Part shown: positions 38,367 through 50,365 of the stretch, in pieces | Position numbering within the stretch: the first letter of the stretch is position 1 | Layout of the letters: the number at the start of each line of letters is the position of its first letter | Source of the DNA: an uncultured Anaerolineae bacterium | Lineage (GTDB): Bacteria; Chloroflexota; Anaerolineae; JACIWP01 | NCBI GenBank assembly: GCA_938049385.1 | Contig: CALIBQ010000012.1 | Coordinates: forward strand, 74,131-138,130 | DNA: 64,000 bases | Direction of reading: 5' to 3' | Notes under the pieces: generated by a model | The model's database searches: none | Seen by the model: the letters and a program-made list of their open reading frames with translations, nothing else | What the model was told of the DNA's origin: nothing | Position numbers and translations under genes: made by a program

Positions 38367-39374
38367 ATGACGGAGGAGCGGGCGGACATGGACGATCGGG
38401 ATGTGCGCTATCTCGCCGGCGAAATGGACGAAGGGGTTTCCGAAGCCAACGCGGAAACGCTGGGGGCGGAGCTGGCCTGGCTGCGCGAGGAAGTGCGCCG
38501 GCTGAAGGCTGTGCTCCCTGCCCCTCCGTTCGTCGAGGCGCCGGCCATCGAGGACCGCAGTGCGATACTGCCCCGTAATCCTTCCGAGAGCTACGAACGG
38601 CGGTCGCTGGCCGATATCCAGCGGCTGGTCATCCACCACAGCGCCCTGCCGGCCGAGATCGGGCCGGAGACCATCGCCCAGTTTCAGGTGCGTCAGCGCG
38701 GCTGGCCGGCCATCGGCTACCATTACTTTATCACCGCCGACGGTTTGATCATCCAGACCAATCCGCTGGAAACCGTCGCCTTCCACACCCGGGTAGGTAA
38801 TGAGAGCAGTGTGGGCATCTGCCTGGCCGGCCGCTTCCTGGACGATGCCCTGCCGACTCCCGCTCAGCTTGACGCCGCCGCGGCCCTGTGCGCCTATCTC
38901 TGCGGGCGCTTTGGCCTGCACGCCCGCGCCGGCGGCATTGTCGGGCACGGCGAGCTGGTAGATGTGGAATGCCCCGGCTCCCAGTGGAACGAGGGCCTCC
39001 GCTGGCGGGAGGAGCTGTTCCAGCGCGTGGAAGGACTGCAGACCGCCGCCGGCCGCCGGCGTCAGCGCGCCATTGGCCATTACCTGCTCTTCTGGCAGGA
39101 AGCCGGCCGCTGGGACGAGCCGGCCTGGGAGGCCGCCCGCCGCTATATCGCCCGCTTCCAGCCCATCTGCGGATTCTCCATCGAAACAGCGAGCCAGGCG
39201 GAATATGTGACCATCGTGGGGGATGAGAGCAAATTTCCGCCGGCAGTGGAGACCCATCTGCGTGAGGCCGGCTGTATCGTGGAGCGCATCGCTGAGAGCG
39301 ACCCGCACCGCCTGCGCCAGGCCTTTGACCGCATGGTGGAGCAGGATCAGCGTTTCCTGAGCGTGGGCCTATGA
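38367..39374 (+). CDS. N-acetylmuramoyl-L-alanine amidase (Amidase_2/PGRP-like) protein
   Basis: VIHHSA, IGYHY and GH....CPG zinc ligands. Confidence 0.85.
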   Translation: MTEERADMDDRDVRYLAGEMDEGVSEANAETLGAELAWLREEVRRLKAVLPAPPFVEAPAIEDRSAILPRNPSESYERRSLADIQRLVIHHSALPAEIGPETIAQFQVRQRGWPAIGYHYFITADGLIIQTNPLETVAFHTRVGNESSVGICLAGRFLDDALPTPAQLDAAAALCAYLCGRFGLHARAGGIVGHGELVDVECPGSQWNEGLRWREELFQRVEGLQTAAGRRRQRAIGHYLLFWQEAGRWDEPAWEAARRYIARFQPICGFSIETASQAEYVTIVGDESKFPPAVETHLREAGCIVERIAESDPHRLRQAFDRMVEQDQRFLSVGL

Positions 39375-40195
39375 TGCAGGTGGAAGCAGTGCCGGCCGGC
39401 GAACCGCACAACCTGCCCCCATCCCCCAGGGAATACACCATCTCGCTCCCCGTCTTCGAGGGGCCGCTCGACCTGCTCCTGCACCTCATCGAGCGAGAGG
39501 AGCTGGACATCACTGCCATTTCGCTGGTCCAGATCACTGACCAGTACCTGCAGTACATCGAGCGGATGGAGCGGGTCAATGCCGATTACCTGGCGGATTT
39601 CCTGGTCATCGCCGCGCAGTTGATCTGGATCAAGTCGCGCGCCTTACTGCCCAAGCCGCCGGCGCCGCTGGAAGAGGAGGAAGAGGACCCCGGCGAACAG
39701 CTTGCCCGCCAGCTCCGGGAGTACAAGCGCTTCAAGGAGGTGGCGCGCCAGCTGGGGGAGCGCGAAAAGCAGGGCCTGCGTTCCTACGTGCGGGTGGCTT
39801 CCATCCCTAAGTCGCAGGGCAGTATTGACCTCGGCGGCATCACCCTGGCCGACCTGGTGGCGGCGGTCCGGCAGGCGCTGGCAGTGGCACCGCCGGCGCC
39901 CCCGGTGGACCATGTCGTGCGGCCTTTCACTGTCACCGTGGCTCAGCGCGCCCGCCAAATCCTGGAGAGGGCGCGCGCCGGCGAACCCTTTACCTTCCAC
40001 TCTTTACTGGATGAGGCCGCCTCGCGCATCGAGATCGTGGTGACCCTGCTGGCGGTGCTGGAACTGCTGAAGCGGCAGGCCATCCGCGTCTATCAGGAGG
40101 AGCTGTTCGGGGAGATTATCATCCAGGCCGCCGGCCCCCTGCCGGAAAATGCGCTGGAAGGGTTTCAGTCGGAAATGGACGGGTCGGCGGGATGA
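39371..40195 (+). CDS. scpA: Segregation and condensation protein A
   Basis: FEGPLDLLLHLI, IKSRALLP and LLAVLEL motifs. Confidence 0.93.
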   Translation: MMQVEAVPAGEPHNLPPSPREYTISLPVFEGPLDLLLHLIEREELDITAISLVQITDQYLQYIERMERVNADYLADFLVIAAQLIWIKSRALLPKPPAPLEEEEEDPGEQLARQLREYKRFKEVARQLGEREKQGLRSYVRVASIPKSQGSIDLGGITLADLVAAVRQALAVAPPAPPVDHVVRPFTVTVAQRARQILERARAGEPFTFHSLLDEAASRIEIVVTLLAVLELLKRQAIRVYQEELFGEIIIQAAGPLPENALEGFQSEMDGSAG

Positions 40196-40614
40196 GGAAC
40201 CGCCCCTTTGTGGGTATCGGGGCACGCGTCCGCGGATGAGGCGCGCCGGCGCTCCCAGCGCCAGACCAGCCACAGCGCAATCAGCGCTCCCAGTCCATCG
40301 AAGCCCAGGTCCATGAGCTGGCCGTGCCGGCCGGGCACAAAGGTCTGATGATACTCGTCGGAGGCGGCATACAGCACCGCCAGGAGCCAGCTCATGCCGG
40401 CTCGCAGGCGCATGGGATGACCGCTCAGAGCACGACAGAACAGGCCGGCCAGCACCCCATAGGCGGCCATGTGCAGTCCTTTTTTCAATATCAGGTCCAG
40501 CAGGGTATCCGGCGCCTGCGGCAGGCTGGATTGGGAAGAGACGAAGAAGATGGCCCCCATCCAGGCTACCGCCGGCCCCCATTGAAACAGCCAACCTCGG
40601 AGTCTTACAAGCAT
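40165..40614 (-). CDS. VanZ family membrane protein
   Basis: WMGAIFFVSS and YAASDEYHQTFVPGR motifs. Confidence 0.85.
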   Translation of the reverse strand: MLVRLRGWLFQWGPAVAWMGAIFFVSSQSSLPQAPDTLLDLILKKGLHMAAYGVLAGLFCRALSGHPMRLRAGMSWLLAVLYAASDEYHQTFVPGRHGQLMDLGFDGLGALIALWLVWRWERRRASSADACPDTHKGAVPHPADPSISD

Positions 40615-40628
40615 CTGGAACCGTGCCC

Positions 40629-41873
40629 TTATTGGCGTGTGATGGGGACATTGTAGCGCAAAGTGTGCCGACGCCAAATCCGCGTGTAGAACCCTTCCAG
40701 CTCCTCTGCCAGCCGGCCCCAGGCGAAGCGCTCCCGCGCATGCGCCGCGGCTTTTTCCCCCATTCGCATCCGTGCCGCTTCATCCCGCAGGGCACCGCAG
40801 GCAGTGGCGACAAAAGCCTGCCCATCCCCTGGCGGCACCAACCAGCCGGTCTCGCCCGGAGCGATATACATGCCGGCCTCGCCCACGTCCTCGGCGACCA
40901 CGGGCAGGCCGGCGGCCAGCATGTGGGGCAGTCTGGCCGGACAGCGCGCCCGGTTGATGAGAGTATCATCCTGTGGGAAGAGACCCAGGTTGCTGGCGAT
41001 GACAGCATCCTCCCAGTCCGCCGGCGCCAGCAGGCCCAGGTACCGGCTTTGCTGGCGCAGATGTGCATCCGCCCCCACCAGCTCCTGCCACAGCCGCTCT
41101 TCGCCGGCCAGGCCGGCGCCGGCGACCAGCAGGGTCAGCTCCGGCACGGCCGCACACAGCGCCGAGAAAAGCCGCGCCGCGCGGGTAAGCGCTATCTCGT
41201 GAAAGCGCGTGCTCCACAGGGCAACCGTGCCATCCGCCGGCAGTGTCCAGCGCTGGCGCGCCCGTGCGCGGCGCTCCCGCCAGGCCGGCGTGAAGGGAGC
41301 CGGCAGGTCTGCCGGGCATCCATTGGGGAGATACAGGATTTCCTCGGGAGCACGGCCGGCCTCCAGCGCCCGGGAATACAAGAGTCGGCTGGCGGTGGTC
41401 AGCCCGTCGGCATGTTTCAGCGCCCAACGCTCCAGGAACTCACGCAGGAGCGCCTCTCCCGGCCAGCGGCTAATGCGGCCGGCCCAGCCGGCACACCCCT
41501 CCCAATCATCCAGGTCGAAGATGACGACCGGCCGGCGGCGCTGGGTCATCAGCCGCATTCCCACGACGGTGCCGTGCCCCACCGGCTTGAAAATATGCAC
41601 GATGTCGGGCCGATAGACTGCAACCTGTTGAAAGGCGCGCCGCGCCAGGCGGGGAGAAATTCGGGAGCACCGCAGGTCGTCCACCCGCAGATGATGCACC
41701 GTTACGCCGGCGTCCTGGTACGTGCGGCCGGAGTCCGCCGGCGTATCCCAAGGCGGGATGACCAGCATCACCTCATGGCCGCGCTGTGCCAGCGCCTGCC
41801 CTAGCGGCAGAGTACGGGCGGAGGCCGTGCCCCGCACGCCCAGCCCGAACGGCGCCAGGAGCAGGATGCGCAT
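40629..41873 (-). CDS. Glycosyltransferase family 4
   Basis: GT-B features (AAGLPVVA.DVG, GETGWLV). Confidence 0.85.
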   Translation of the reverse strand: MRILLLAPFGLGVRGTASARTLPLGQALAQRGHEVMLVIPPWDTPADSGRTYQDAGVTVHHLRVDDLRCSRISPRLARRAFQQVAVYRPDIVHIFKPVGHGTVVGMRLMTQRRRPVVIFDLDDWEGCAGWAGRISRWPGEALLREFLERWALKHADGLTTASRLLYSRALEAGRAPEEILYLPNGCPADLPAPFTPAWRERRARARQRWTLPADGTVALWSTRFHEIALTRAARLFSALCAAVPELTLLVAGAGLAGEERLWQELVGADAHLRQQSRYLGLLAPADWEDAVIASNLGLFPQDDTLINRARCPARLPHMLAAGLPVVAEDVGEAGMYIAPGETGWLVPPGDGQAFVATACGALRDEAARMRMGEKAAAHARERFAWGRLAEELEGFYTRIWRRHTLRYNVPITRQ

Positions 41874-41882
41874 AGATGCCTT

Positions 41883-42437
41883 TCAGCGCCAGCGGCGGGC
41901 CAGCAGGAGGGCCGGCGCACCCAGCGCCAGCTTCAGGACATCGCCGATGAGGAAGGGGAAAAGGCCGAGGGACAGCGCCTTCTCCGGGCCGACGAAGCGC
42001 GCCAGCCAGAGCAGGCCGGGCAGGTAAATGGCCAGGTTGCCCAGCGCCAGCATGCCCAGCGCGGACAGCGGCCGGCAGTCCCAGCCGCGGTCCTTCAGCC
42101 ACCCAGTGACGAACGCGGCCAGCAGGAAGCCGGCCAGATACCCGCCGGTCGGCCCCAGCATATAGGGCAAACCTGCCGCGCCGCCGGCGAAAACCGGCAA
42201 TCCGGCCGCGCCCTCGGCCAGGTACGCCAGCACCGCCAGGGTGCCGCGCCGGCGGCCCAGCAGGGCGCCGGCCATCAGCACCGCCAGCGTCTGCGCGGTG
42301 ATGGGCACCGGCGTGAAGGGCAGGCGCACCGCTGTCTGGGCGCTCAGCACCAGGCTGATGTTGGCTAGTGCGGTCAGCGCCAGCTCTTCCATCCACTGCG
42401 TTACACGTGCAGGTTGCAAAATTCGGGTCCGAGACAT
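41883..42437 (-). CDS. bioY: Biotin transporter BioY
   Basis: PVPITAQT, GLPVFAGG and GPTGGYL motifs. Confidence 0.92.
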   Translation of the reverse strand: MSRTRILQPARVTQWMEELALTALANISLVLSAQTAVRLPFTPVPITAQTLAVLMAGALLGRRRGTLAVLAYLAEGAAGLPVFAGGAAGLPYMLGPTGGYLAGFLLAAFVTGWLKDRGWDCRPLSALGMLALGNLAIYLPGLLWLARFVGPEKALSLGLFPFLIGDVLKLALGAPALLLARRWR

Positions 42438-42530
42438 AGCCGCGCTCCCCAGGCCGGTGGGATATTCGGAGGTGCCGGCCCGCCAGGAGATAAAACCCTG
42501 CCGGCGGGCCGGCGTCGCGGGATGCCGGCC

Positions 42531-44372
<1,842 letters not shown>

Positions 44373-44419
44373 GGTGGAATCCCTCCTGTGTGGTGAGATG
44401 AATTTGGAGCATGCTGTAC

Positions 44420-44640
44420 GCCACTGCCCATCCTTTTGTCCCGGCGGTCGCCCGCGGGCGTTGTGGAAGGGCTTTCGTTACGCTCAGGAGGGGAAGCGTG
44501 AGGGACGTGGCCATCCCTGGAGGCATCCGCTGATCCTTCGATTTTCTCCGCCGGCCTGGCGGATTAGCCCTGGCTCGCGTCAGGGAACCTCCCCCTCGTC
44601 AGCTCACCCGCTTGCGCAGATGAGCCCGTGCGCTGTCGCT
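44420..44640 (-). ncRNA. glmS ribozyme (GlcN6P-activated), variant with internal insertion
   Basis: AGCGC-P1-UGACGAGG-GGAGGUU...AUCGAA..UCAGCGGAUGCCUCC core and GCGA tetraloop, directly upstream of glmS; 3' boundary approximate. Confidence 0.88.
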
Positions 44641-44886
44641 TCCCCACTGCGTCTTTGGAATATCTACATACACCGGCCCTCCTTTCCTCGAGGCTAACCG
44701 TACTATACCACAAATCGCGCCGTTCAGCAACGCATGTACCACGGACGATGGTCTATCGTTCGTCTATGGTCTGTGGTTCCATCGTCCACAGTTTACCTCT
44801 GGACGCACGGCCCGGCCTAGTGTATAATGGAATCAGCATCGGAGGAACGCGTTCACGGCCAGGCCGGCGAAAGGAGGAATTGCCCG

Positions 44887-45507
44887 ATGAACGTTTTCAA
44901 CCGTATCATGATGGTGCTGTTATTCATCGCCATCATCGCGCTGGTGGTCGTTACTTTGCGCTGGCCCTTCGCCACGATTGCTGTCGTCCGCAACTTCCTG
45001 GATTGGGCGGAGGCCCAGATTACCCCCTATACCTGGCCTATCATGCTGGCCGGCGGCATCCTCATCGGCCTGCTGTGTCTCCTGCTCATTATCCTGGAAC
45101 TGCGCCGGCCGCGCCGCAAGATGGTGCCCATCCGCAAGGTCAGCGGGGGCAAGGCCTTCCTGCTGACCGAATCGGTGGCCCGTCGGCTGGGCTGGTACAT
45201 CGGCCGGCTGTCCGATATCTCTCGCGTCACGCCCATGGTCTGGGCGCGCGGCAGTGGGGTGGATGTGCGCATTGACCTGGAAACCGCGCCCCAGGTGGAT
45301 GTGCCGATGAAGACGGAGGAAGTGCTGGCTGTGGTGCGCGAGCAGGTGGAGGATAAGATGGGGTTGAAACTGCGCCGCGTGCGGGTACAAGTGCGCAGTG
45401 CCCCCTTTCCGAAGGAGCCGGCGGTGATCGCCGCGCCCCCTCCGCCCCCACTAGTGCCGGCCCCCTCAACGCCGCCGGCCGGCGAACTCGACCAGCCCCC
45501 CGGATAA
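44887..45507 (+). CDS. Alkaline shock response membrane anchor (AmaP-like) protein
   Basis: Two N-terminal TM helices then an Asp23-like domain; AGGAGG SD. Confidence 0.65.
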   Translation: MNVFNRIMMVLLFIAIIALVVVTLRWPFATIAVVRNFLDWAEAQITPYTWPIMLAGGILIGLLCLLLIILELRRPRRKMVPIRKVSGGKAFLLTESVARRLGWYIGRLSDISRVTPMVWARGSGVDVRIDLETAPQVDVPMKTEEVLAVVREQVEDKMGLKLRRVRVQVRSAPFPKEPAVIAAPPPPPLVPAPSTPPAGELDQPPG

Positions 45508-46023
45508 TTCCAGACGCTGGATATCCCAGCTTGGAATCACCCGCTCTTCCCACCACTGGGTGGCCCGACGAGAGAGCAGTCGGCACAGAAAGGGCGGCAT
45601 TCTCCGCCGGCCCATACGCATTTCCGCGCATACCCATCGCAAGCGGCCGGCACTGCCCCCTTCCAGGCGCCAGCGCATGCGCATGCACACCGGCCAGGCC
45701 AGGATGTGCCGAAGCCGCAGGGCGAAGGCGAATTCCCACGGGGCGAATTCGACCTGCAGGCCGGCCAGCACAGCGCGATCGGGAACCACTACCAGACAGC
45801 GGGCGAGGGCCTGGAACTGCGCCGGCGTCAGCGATACGGCAGTCTCCTGGCCGGCGGACAGGCTGTTCAGAATCTGCCGGCTTTCCGCAGAGCAGGGCAT
45901 GCTCCGCCAATCAGGGGGACAGTCGGCCGGCGCGAGCGCGCCGAACCACAGCGCCGCCAGGGCCAGCGCCGCCGCGATTCCTATCCACATCCATTTCCCG
46001 CTTTCCCCAGGCATGACTCCCAT
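45466..46023 (-). CDS. Hypothetical membrane-anchored protein
   Basis: N-terminal hydrophobic helix; fills the gap between genes; start uncertain. Confidence 0.45.
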   Translation of the reverse strand: MGVMPGESGKWMWIGIAAALALAALWFGALAPADCPPDWRSMPCSAESRQILNSLSAGQETAVSLTPAQFQALARCLVVVPDRAVLAGLQVEFAPWEFAFALRLRHILAWPVCMRMRWRLEGGSAGRLRWVCAEMRMGRRRMPPFLCRLLSRRATQWWEERVIPSWDIQRLELSGGLVEFAGRRR

Positions 46024-46051
46024 GTTCCGCGACAGGGATGTCCCTCGCTGA

Positions 46052-46242
46052 AGAATGTTGAAAAAGTCTCTCGATTTGCGGGTATTGGCTCATCGCCTGA
46101 CAGTTGAAACTGCGGCTGTGCCTGCGAAGTCGGTGCAGGCCGACTTCGCGAAGCCTGCGCAGACAGGCTTCGCAGTTGTTGCCGCGGCTTCAGCCGCCGG
46201 GAAGCTCTTCCACAGAGTATGTTTGGACCCTTTCAACACCCT
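46052..46242 (-). mobile_element. MITE with REP-doublet core, copy 2
   Basis: Ends AGAATGTTGAAAAAG / CCCTTTCAACACCCT; shared core. Confidence 0.8.
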
Positions 46243-46332
46243 CCCCACCGTCCATTTTGTCCTTTGGCCAATCTATTGTAATATATCGCCAATAACTGGC
46301 AATGCCCCGGCAGGGGAGGGAGCAAGCCCTGG

Positions 46333-46944
46333 ATGTCCCAGGAGGAAATCCAGCACCAGGAGAGCACGCCGGCGCCGGCCGGCGAAGCGGAGAAAAGGCC
46401 GGCGGCCGCCGCGCCGGCGGAGCTGGTGCCGTTCATCGAAGCCATCCTGTTCGTCGCCGACGAGCCGGTCTCGGTCGAGCGCCTCGCCGCTACCCTGATG
46501 GTGGATCAGGACATGGTCGCGCAGGCGCTGGACATCCTGCGCGGGCAGTGCGCGGCGCGCGGGGTGCGCCTCCAGCGCAAGGGGCACCGCGTCCAGATGG
46601 TCACAGCGCCGGAGACCGCGGAAGTGGTCGAGCGCTTCCTGGGGCTGGATGTGACCAGCCGGCTCTCGCCGGCGGCGCTGGAGACCCTGGCCATCGTGGC
46701 CTACCGCCAGCCCATCACCCGCGCCGAAGTGGATGCCATCCGCGGCGTGCAGTCCGATTCCGTCCTGCGCACCCTGGTGAGCCGAGGATTGATCGAGGAA
46801 GTTGGCCGGCTGGAGCAGGCCGGCCGGCCCATCCTCTACGGCACTACCTTTGAGTTCCTCCAGTACTTTGGGCTGGAGGACCTTTCCCAGCTCCCACCGC
46901 TGGAGCCGGAGGAAAGCGCCCCGGCGGAGGCACCGGAGAGCTGA
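46333..46944 (+). CDS. scpB: Segregation and condensation protein B
   Basis: IEAILF, LSPAALETLAIVAYRQPITR and GRPILYGTT motifs. Confidence 0.95.
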   Translation: MSQEEIQHQESTPAPAGEAEKRPAAAAPAELVPFIEAILFVADEPVSVERLAATLMVDQDMVAQALDILRGQCAARGVRLQRKGHRVQMVTAPETAEVVERFLGLDVTSRLSPAALETLAIVAYRQPITRAEVDAIRGVQSDSVLRTLVSRGLIEEVGRLEQAGRPILYGTTFEFLQYFGLEDLSQLPPLEPEESAPAEAPES

Positions 46945-46949
46945 ACACT

Positions 46950-48041
46950 ATGACGGTACGCCGGCGCTGGCTGTGGGGCCTTCTCATCGGGCTGGCCGCC
47001 CTGCTGAACGTGGGCTTCGGCCCGGTCCTGCGCACCTCGGACACCGCCGGCGCCGCGCTGTATCCGGAGCAAGCGCGGCTCTTGGCTGAGACCTGGGCGG
47101 GGCCGGCGATTTCCGCGCCGGCGGCGGTGATCTACGACGTGGATGCCGGCCAGGTGCTCTTCGGACGCAGTGCACATCAGCGCCGGCCGCCGGCCAGCCT
47201 GACCAAAATCGCCACAGCCCTGCTGGCCCTGCGCCGGCTGGAGCTCTCGCAGTCCGTAACAGTGGGCGACGAGGTGCAGGTCGAGGGCATGCGCATCGGG
47301 CTGGCCCCCGGCGATACGCTGACCGTGGAAGCTCTGCTCTACGGCACACTGCTCAACTCGGGCAACGATGCGGCGGCGGCCCTGGCAGTGGCGGCCGCCG
47401 GTTCCCAGGAGCGTTTTGTCGAGGAGATGAACGCCCTGGCCGCTGAGCTGGGCCTCCGGGACACGCACTTCGTCAATCCACACGGCCTGGACAGCGCAGA
47501 GCATTATTCCAGCGCCTATGACCTGGCTCTGCTGGCCAAGGCCGCGCTGGACAATCCGACCTTTGCCGCTATTGTCGCGACGCCGGCGAAAGAGCTAGAG
47601 GGCTGGCAGTTCCGCACCACCAATCAGCTCCTCGGTGCTTATCCGGGGGTGGATGGGGTGAAGACCGGCACCACCGATGACGCCGGCGAGTGCCTGGTCG
47701 CCTCCGCCGCGCGGCACGGGCATCGCGTCATCACCGTCGTGCTGGGGAGCGCCGATCGCTACGCGGATACCCGGGCACTGCTGGACTTTTACTACCGCCA
47801 TTACCAGTGGGTGCGTCTGGAACTGCCGGCCGGCCGGCTGAGCACGGAAACCGATGCAGGGGGTCATTTCCTGCGCTACGCGCTCCCAGCCGCGATGGAA
47901 GTATTGCTGGCGCGCTGGGAACGGCCCTGGCTGGGCATGACCTGGCAGGGCGATGGATGGGGGAACTGGCAAGCTGTGCGCTTCTGGGTTGGGGGCCGGC
48001 TGATCACGGAACAGCCCGTGCAGGTCTATCAGGTATATTAG
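46950..48041 (+). CDS. D-alanyl-D-alanine carboxypeptidase (peptidase S11)
   Basis: SLTK, SGN and KTG motifs; signal anchor. Confidence 0.92.
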   Translation: MTVRRRWLWGLLIGLAALLNVGFGPVLRTSDTAGAALYPEQARLLAETWAGPAISAPAAVIYDVDAGQVLFGRSAHQRRPPASLTKIATALLALRRLELSQSVTVGDEVQVEGMRIGLAPGDTLTVEALLYGTLLNSGNDAAAALAVAAAGSQERFVEEMNALAAELGLRDTHFVNPHGLDSAEHYSSAYDLALLAKAALDNPTFAAIVATPAKELEGWQFRTTNQLLGAYPGVDGVKTGTTDDAGECLVASAARHGHRVITVVLGSADRYADTRALLDFYYRHYQWVRLELPAGRLSTETDAGGHFLRYALPAAMEVLLARWERPWLGMTWQGDGWGNWQAVRFWVGGRLITEQPVQVYQVY

Positions 48042-48049
48042 GTCGGGCT

Positions 48050-48934
48050 ATGGCAGAAGAGCGACTGCAAAAAGTGCTGGCCAATGCCGGCATCGCCTCG
48101 CGGCGCACCGCGGAGGAAATGATCAAAGCCGGCCGCGTCACCGTCAACGGCCAGGTGGTCACCCAGTTGGGCACCAAAGTGGACCCTGACCGCGATATCA
48201 TCGCGGTGGACGGCAGTATCGTCGCGGTGGGCGCCGGCCGCATTTATATCCTGCTGAACAAGCCGGTGGGCGTGATTTCCGCGGTCAGCGACCGCTGGGG
48301 CCGGAAGACGGTGCTGGACCTGGTGGAGCTCCCTGGGCGGGTATACCCGGTGGGCCGGCTGGACCTGGACAGCGAAGGGCTGGTACTGCTGACCAACGAT
48401 GGGGAGGTCACGAATGTGCTGACCCATCCCCGCTACGGCCAGCCGAAGACCTACCTGGTGCTGGTGCGCGGCGAGCCGAACGATGCGGTGCTGGAGAAGA
48501 TGACGCGCGGCGTGGAACTGCCTGACGGTGTGGCGAAAGCTCAGCAGGTCCAGCGTATCGCCGGCGTTCCTACTAGCACTCCCGGCATGACCCTGCGCAA
48601 ACCGGAGGGGATGACCTGGCTGGAGATCAGCATGGTGGAGGGGCGCAAGCGTGAGGTCCGGCGAATGCTGGAACAGCTCGGCCACCCCGTGGAGCGGCTC
48701 ATCCGCATCCGCATGGGGCCGCTGTCGCTGGGCCGGCTGGCACCGGGGGAATGGCGTCATCTGACGCCGGCGGAGGTGCGGGCACTGCGGGCATTGGTGG
48801 GGAAAGCTCTCCTGCCGCAGAAAGAGCGCAAGCTGTCCCGGCCGGTCAGCCCGCCGGCGCGGAGGACGTCTGGCCCGTCCACCCGCAGAAACTCACTACC
48901 ACGTAAGGAACGAGGGGGAAAGAGACAGCGTTGA
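48050..48934 (+). CDS. rluB: 23S rRNA pseudouridine synthase (RluB-like)
   Basis: S4 domain ERLQK..ASRR; GRLD motif. Confidence 0.88.
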   Translation: MAEERLQKVLANAGIASRRTAEEMIKAGRVTVNGQVVTQLGTKVDPDRDIIAVDGSIVAVGAGRIYILLNKPVGVISAVSDRWGRKTVLDLVELPGRVYPVGRLDLDSEGLVLLTNDGEVTNVLTHPRYGQPKTYLVLVRGEPNDAVLEKMTRGVELPDGVAKAQQVQRIAGVPTSTPGMTLRKPEGMTWLEISMVEGRKREVRRMLEQLGHPVERLIRIRMGPLSLGRLAPGEWRHLTPAEVRALRALVGKALLPQKERKLSRPVSPPARRTSGPSTRRNSLPRKERGGKRQR

Positions 48935-49620
48935 ACAGGACGCCTTCGACCATTGCCATCGATGGGCCATCTGCCTCGGGCAAGAGCACGCTCGGCGGCC
49001 TGCTGGCAGAACACCTGAGATATATCTATTTCGATACTGGCGTCATGTACCGGGCGGTAACGTGGGAGGCTATCCGCCGCGGCATTCCCATTGAGGATGA
49101 GGCGGCGCTGACGCGCTTGGCGGAAGAAATCGTCATAGATGTTACCCGACCGACGGCGGCCGACGGCCGGCAGTATTCCGTGTTCGTTGACGGCGAGGAT
49201 GTGACCTGGGATTTGCGGCGCGACGAGGTGGATAAGGCCGTCTCGCCGGTGTCCGCCTACCCGGGCGTGCGCACTGCGCTGACCCAACAACAGCGCCGCA
49301 TCGGCCAGGGCGGTCATATTGTCATGGTGGGGCGCGATATCGGCACCGTCGTGCTCCCCGAAGCGGAGCTGAAGCTCTATCTGACCGCCTCACTGGAGGA
49401 ACGGGCACGCCGGCGCTACCTGGAGAAGCTGGGCAGGGGCGAGCAGGTCTCTTATGAAGAAGTGCTGGAGACCCTGCGCCGGCGGGATGAGATAGACAGC
49501 TCGCGCGCCGTGGCCCCCTTGCGGCCGGCGGACGACGCCGTGATCATAGACACCGAGAACCTGGGCATCCAGGAAGTGTTCCAATGTGTGCTGGGGATTA
49601 TCCATGATCCGGAAACCTGA
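48931..49620 (+). CDS. cmk: Cytidylate kinase
   Basis: IAIDGPSASGKST, DTGVMYR and GRDIGT motifs. Confidence 0.95.
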   Translation: MNRTPSTIAIDGPSASGKSTLGGLLAEHLRYIYFDTGVMYRAVTWEAIRRGIPIEDEAALTRLAEEIVIDVTRPTAADGRQYSVFVDGEDVTWDLRRDEVDKAVSPVSAYPGVRTALTQQQRRIGQGGHIVMVGRDIGTVVLPEAELKLYLTASLEERARRRYLEKLGRGEQVSYEEVLETLRRRDEIDSSRAVAPLRPADDAVIIDTENLGIQEVFQCVLGIIHDPET

Positions 49621-50365
49621 ACGCGAGGTGGTGACCAGAAAACAGGGACTGCGGCGCCGCATCTACCGCATACCCTATCTGACGCGTTCGGTGCTGAACC
49701 GCCTGCTTCGCTTCCTGACCCGCCATCTGATTCGCTTTGAGATCACCGGTAAGGAGCATATCCCCCGCCAGGGGCCGCTGATCGTCTATATCAACCACGT
49801 GAACTTCCTGGACCCGGTGCTGGCCTGCGCGCTGGTACCGCGCGATGTGGTGCCGCTCTCCAAGGTGGAAAACCTGCGCCATCCGCTGATTGGCCCGCTG
49901 GCCAAGGCCTACGGTGCTATCCCGGTGCGGCGCGGCGAGCCGGATATGTACGCCTACCGCAGTGCGCTCTCGGTGCTGGAACAGGGCAAGGTGCTTCTCA
50001 TCGCGCCGGAGGGCACGCGCAGTGGGCACGGCCGGCTCCAGGAGGGCAAGGACGGCATGACCCTGCTGGCCCTGCGCACGGGGGCAGTGCTGGTGCCCAT
50101 CGGGCTGGTGGGCCAACAGCACTTCCGCCGCCGGCTTCAGCGCCTGCGCCGCACCCATGTGCGCGCCGCCGTCGGCCGGCCCTTCCGCTTCCACGCGCCG
50201 GCCGGCGTGGAAATCACCCGCGAGGTGGTGCGCGAGATGACGCGCGAGGCCATGGGCGAGCTGGCCCGGCTCCTGCCGGCCGAGTGGCGCGGCGTCTACG
50301 CCGATGCCGCAGAGGCCCCGCGCAAATGGATACGCTATGAAGACGTTTCCGCAACCAGCACCTGA
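49604..50365 (+). CDS. plsC: 1-acyl-sn-glycerol-3-phosphate acyltransferase
   Basis: NHxxxxD and PEGTRS motifs. Confidence 0.85.
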   Translation: MIRKPEREVVTRKQGLRRRIYRIPYLTRSVLNRLLRFLTRHLIRFEITGKEHIPRQGPLIVYINHVNFLDPVLACALVPRDVVPLSKVENLRHPLIGPLAKAYGAIPVRRGEPDMYAYRSALSVLEQGKVLLIAPEGTRSGHGRLQEGKDGMTLLALRTGAVLVPIGLVGQQHFRRRLQRLRRTHVRAAVGRPFRFHAPAGVEITREVVREMTREAMGELARLLPAEWRGVYADAAEAPRKWIRYEDVSATST

